From the NCBI GenBank assembly GCA_021613535.1, contig CP075494.1, positions 7,874,001 through 7,938,000 on the forward strand: a DNA stretch of 64,000 nucleotides. The letters are read 5' to 3'. The number at the start of each line of letters is the position of its first letter. Position 1 is the stretch's first letter. This DNA comes from Adineta vaga. Taxonomy: Eukaryota > Animalia > Rotifera. Below are positions 58,964 to 64,000 of the stretch, in pieces. Below the pieces are notes generated by a model. It was not told the DNA's origin. It made no database searches and saw nothing but the letters and a program-made list of their open reading frames with translations. Made by a program: the position numbers and the translations under genes.

Positions 58964-59640
58964 TCATACGACACCGTATAGCTGATGTGTGATTAATTGG
59001 TCAGTTTGAACACTAACTAGAGTTCCGAATGCTACACATACTTTAGTAAGCATCGATGCTGATGCTGAAACTATTTTTAAGACCAAAATATTGTAGATAA
59101 GAAAATCTCCAAGACCAAGTGAGCGCGATTTTTTCCATTTATTAATACCTTTCACATAAGAACATCCTGGAAGAAGCTTAAAAGAATTTTGTTAGTTCAA
59201 TCCAACAGAGTTTATGGAATAGCCAGTCGTAGATTTATAAACGTTTTTGAACTCATTTTCAACAAATAACGGTTTACTGAGTAAGATAGGATGACATTCA
59301 TGTTTTATTCTAAATCCTAGAACAAAATAAGTTCGATTTTAGTGGTAAATAACGAATGAATATACAATGCGTCGTTCAAGCTATCGGTGATACCATTACA
59401 CAAAATGATCCTTGTTCTATGAGAAAAATTAGTAACAAAAGTTCCAGCCATGTTCATTTTAGGACCACAGATGACAATTGCTATATCTATTTTAATCCAT
59501 AAACTAAGTGATGCAACAAACCGTGTCAAGAATTAAACACATACTAATGTAAAGATTACACTTCTAGCATTATCAATTACTCGTATACCATACAATAATA
59601 TTAAGTGTAACCGAAACAGAATTAATAATACATTTATAAA
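58964..59640 (-). pseudogene. Decayed presenilin/GxGD aspartyl protease-like relic
   Basis: SLGLGDFLIYNILVL resembles the presenilin TM7 GLGDF motif and the flanking segments are hydrophobic. There are in-frame stops (e.g. TAA near 59533), the YD-motif region is degenerate, and no PAL motif is present. Confidence 0.45.
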
Positions 59641-60138
59641 TTATCTTTGCCATTAATCAGATAATTACATGTTGCATTATCTTAATAAAATAAAATGTAG
59701 GTAATAGAATCACCAAATAAAAGATACATACTTATTTTCTCGATTAATCGAACAACGCAATAAATGGCCATAATCACAATTTAAATCAATCAAATCCTCT
59801 TGTGAAAAAGAATTTCACGATGGGAAATCGGTTACTATACAATGACATATAAATGTTAAGATCATACTTTAACTAGTAACTTGCATTAGATGAATTTCAA
59901 AATGAATCTATAATATTTCTCTTATTTGGTACTATGAACTGGAGATGATATGTTTGAAAGAAAGATCTTTTTAGGAGAGAAAATAGTTAGTAAATATGAA
60001 TACCTAGCAGTGTAACTTCTCATCGTTCAACCTTCGCTAGAGAAAAATTCGCATATACTTTCGTACAAAGAAAGTCTTCATATTTCAATGCGCTTTCGAA
60101 AGTTCGTTTTCAAATCTTTATTTAAAAAGTTCAACTTT

Positions 60139-63100
60139 TTACAATATATCCAATTCGGATTGTTTTTCATTAGGTTCCTGTTGTAAAGATTCCATTCGTG
60201 ATTCTCTCTGATATTGTCTCCATGTTTTCAAATTATCTACACTTGATGGTTCAGTACGATCAACAATTAAAAACATTTGAACAGCTCCATCTTCATAACC
60301 GACTACCAATGCTTGTCCATCTTGTGTTGCCATAGCTTGTCGAACTTTTGCTGGACATTTCATATCCGCTATTTGTTGACCATCAATCGTACGAAAAACA
60401 CGAATCGTTCGTTTACCTTTATTGTAATAAATTACGTGTTTATTTGTTGGTGTAAAAAATGTTATCACATCGAAAACACCTTCAGCAACTTTACCAATTA
60501 ATGTGCGAACAACTTTTCCATTTCGAAATTCGAATATTTCAAGACCACCACGAGTCGGTGCATATAGACCATATTTACCATCGGAAGATATTTGACCACT
60601 CCATTTTGGTATTATTAAATGAACCTCAAGTAAATAATATAGGCAGACGTAGATTAAAGACTATCGATGAACGTCAACAATATGATCGCATACCTTTTTA
60701 TCTCTGACATTAATCACAACACCTTTATCTGCATCGATTAATCCAATCAAATATGGTTGTTTTGGTATTGTTACCATGGATGTAATATCTTTATAACCAC
60801 TATAAGTTAACTTAACATTATGCATATGTTCACCAGTAATTGGATCATGTAATGAAAGAACATCATTATTTTTCTTTTCTTCAATAAATATCAAGTATGT
60901 ATCTTCTGCTGTACAAATGGCTTTCTTTGGTTGAAGCATACGTTTGATAGTGTACGATCTTTCATAGACCATATCACCATCAGGTATAGCATATGTAACA
61001 GCACGAATGATTTGACCAAGTGACGCATTATTCGAATTTGTATTATTGATTTGTGCTGGATTAGCAGCTGTAATTTGTTCAAAACTCACGACTAAAATCT
61101 TTAAGATAAAAAACAAAATGTTTGTAGATATGAAAATATTCGTTTTCCTACCATCGTTTCAGCTGTATGAAGAAGTAATTGAAAGATATTTTTAATCTTT
61201 GTTACGAACGTACTTCGTCGTTCTTCAATATCCCAAATAACAAAATTACCTGATTCAGCTGCAGCAGCAAATAAACCATTCGTACACATCGTTGTACCTA
61301 AACAAAGAAATAAATTCTATTCTCTTATCGTACTATCTGTTTTTTTAATGTCTTACATTGATATATTGATCCATGTGGACTAGCAACTAATTGTCCTTTA
61401 ATAAAACCTGTTTTCATATCAAATAAACATAATTGTGTACGTGTTTGTGCCAAGATAATTTGTGTATCCGTAGAAATATGCATGACTTCAATTGCTTTAT
61501 CCAATTGAGTTATTGATATATCTTTTTCTTGTGCATTTTCTAAATTCCATACTTTCGTTGTTTTATCCATGCCAGTGGTGATTACATAATTATTTCCACC
61601 ACTACCAGATAATAAACCTTTTAGTACAAGTATTCGACCAAAATGTGATTCGAACGAAGCAACTAATTCACCCCATTCAATTGCAAAAACATACACAGTT
61701 GATTTAACACATGCTATACAATAACTAAATGAAACATAATCATGTAAATATATCGATATTTGATGAAAATTACCGATTATTATGTGAAAAGGCAGCAGTA
61801 TAAGTTAAACGTTTTGTACCACTAATAATATTACGAACGCCAGCAGGTAGAGCACAGGTTTTCCATAAATAGGATCGAAATGAAAAGATTTTGAAACCTT
61901 TAAATGTTACTGCCATAAGATAATTTTCATCATTACTCAATATAAATGCAAATATACTGAAAAACAAATATATACATATACGAATAATAGATCGTAAAAG
62001 ACAATTACATCATTCTATCTCGAAGTAATTCTTCACTTACCGATCTTTATTTTCAAATAATTGATGATCAAATGCCCAAATACGTTCCGTTTTATAATTA
62101 ACTGGATGTGGTTTGTTAACATATACTTCGACATTATTATCATTAATTTCACAGCATGTATACATTCGACGTTTATCACGTGTTAATATTAATGCACTAT
62201 GAATATTTTTATGACCGCCCGTTAAACATCTTGGTTCACTGTTATCATTGGTATCCTTCGAATGATCAAGATTCGCAACAAAACAATAATCAATTGTCAT
62301 ACGATCACGAGCGACTTCTTGATCAGCTTTGATTTCTTCGGAACGACAAATAATTTCAACTTCTGGTCCAGGTAATAATTCAATTTGAATTATTTGATAA
62401 CGTGTTGGTTGAGTTGTAAGTAATTCACCTACAAATATAATTTTCATCAACAATCAATCAGATAATCGAAGTCGAAGAGATGAATTCTTACCTTTATTCG
62501 TATATACTTGATACATTTGTGATGTCCATAGAGCAAAATGTGTATTACTTACAGCTGCTCCCAACAATGGATCTGTTGGTTGTTGACCAGGTATGGGTTT
62601 TGATTGATTTTTATTTCCATTTCCAGGTGTCTGATAATCACGTAGAATATATTCTCCAGTTAATAAATTACATATTATATATTGATTACTAATTGTCGTA
62701 GTAACGCAATAACGTTGATCAGGTGCAACAGCTAAATACGTCATGATACCTTCAATTTTAGGATCGATTATTCTGACAATATCACCACTTGATAGATCAA
62801 AGACGATGAATTTATTTGATACTGTAAGAAGATGTTGACCAGCTGAAACAACTTCAAGACCATATACAGCAAATTGATGAGCTTCTAATGAATAAACTAA
62901 TGGTCCACCTGGTGATGCTAATGTATTGAAAGCAGGTACGAGTGCCATATGTTGTAGACCAATAGTTTCACATTGATCAATAAAGGATGAAATTTTTCGA
63001 CACGTAACATAGAATGGTAGAAGACGACCAATAATTTGACATGTTAGATTATTCGGATCAGCTGCTAAAACAGAACTTGATAAGCGAAGTGCATCACTCA

Positions 63101-64000
63101 TGAGTTTAACCTAGGAAATCAAACGTTTATGGAACGAAAATATAGAATTCTTCAAATTTAAAATGAAAATTTGTCTACTTCTTTTTCATGATTGAATTCA
63201 AATGTACTTTCATAATCATAAATACTACTATTCAATGGCATACAAGATAATTTTGCATGAATAAATTCATAATTAAATAGAACATGATGATATAAATCTT
63301 CTATTCGTTCAGATAGAATCAATTGAAATGGTAATTCACTTAGTTTACGTAAATTATATCGAACTGCTGAGGAGTTTACATTCGCTGCTGCGCCTTTATT
63401 TGTTGTAAATATCAATGGTTGAGCTGGTACTTTGCGATCAGCTTCACCATCTGTTGAACTCAAATTAAACATACGTTTTTGATTATCCGTAAATTGAAAT
63501 GGTTTTGGACAACCGGCCCATATACCAAGAAAATAATCAGCCATTTGTGAATGATATTGTCGTCGTTCATCTGGATTAGCCAAATAACGTTCATGAGAGA
63601 CTAAAATAACATTGAGACATCCGTTCATTTCAAACTGTCGTATGTGAAAAACGACTTTCATGACTTTTTGCTTTCTCGAACAGAAGAAAAATATTATCTT
63701 TACCTTCCGCAAATTGTCGATGATACCAACTAACCACCGATACTCCTTCTGCTTCTCGTTCAACTAAATAATTTGGTACATCATTTCGTATACGTGTCCA
63801 TAATAATGGTGGTATTCGTCGAATTGGTGGTAAATGATATTGATAAACATCATTTAAAACTGTTTCATCCAATGATATTAAATCTTCTAATTCAGCTTCA
63901 CTTAGACCTGATCTCGATGCAGTTATATATGACAGAGCATGCTCGACTAGAATATGACCATGTTGATTTTCAATACGACCTAATAGTTTATTAATGGATG
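60139..64000 (-). CDS. NACHT and WD-repeat protein (NWD2-like), 3' part; continues beyond the window
   Basis: SGLSEAELEDLISLDETVLNDVYQYHLPPIRRIPPLLWTRIR, WYHRQF, DRKVPAQPL and YNLRKLSELP, followed by multiple WD40 repeats. Confidence 0.88.

Overview
This is AT-rich eukaryotic DNA, gene-dense, with short (about 50-65 bp) GT-AG spliceosomal introns. Conserved animal genes are mixed with intron-containing genes of bacterial type. That pattern best fits a bdelloid rotifer (Adineta/Rotaria-like); this is inference from composition and gene content only. Genes in order: two unknown genes, a PDZ-LIM protein, a bacterial-type AAA ATPase, PP2A scaffold subunit A, an SLC17 transporter, Dispatched, CHP, HDHD3-like, RACK1, three tandem tRNA-His(GUG), two double alpha-crystallin-domain sHSPs, a Ser-rich orphan, a PuuD-like C26 amidotransferase/hydrolase, NDUFB5, enolase, a TMEM272-like protein, HDHD5, a 33-bp minisatellite, tRNA-Ile(AAU), a uronate-dehydrogenase-like SDR, an HMG-box protein, a cystine-knot secreted protein, a ZDHHC palmitoyltransferase, ATG4, a decayed presenilin-like relic, and the 3' part of an NWD2-like gene. 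The most notable observations are three candidate horizontally acquired genes that have gained introns (one intron has a boundary duplication and an inverted-repeat insert), candidate trans-spliced operons (CHP-HDHD3; HMG-cystine knot), and an sHSP pair with different promoter motifs. I found no single clearly novel multi-gene system. All family calls come from motif recognition without database searches. CDS coordinates span introns, which were spliced by eye.
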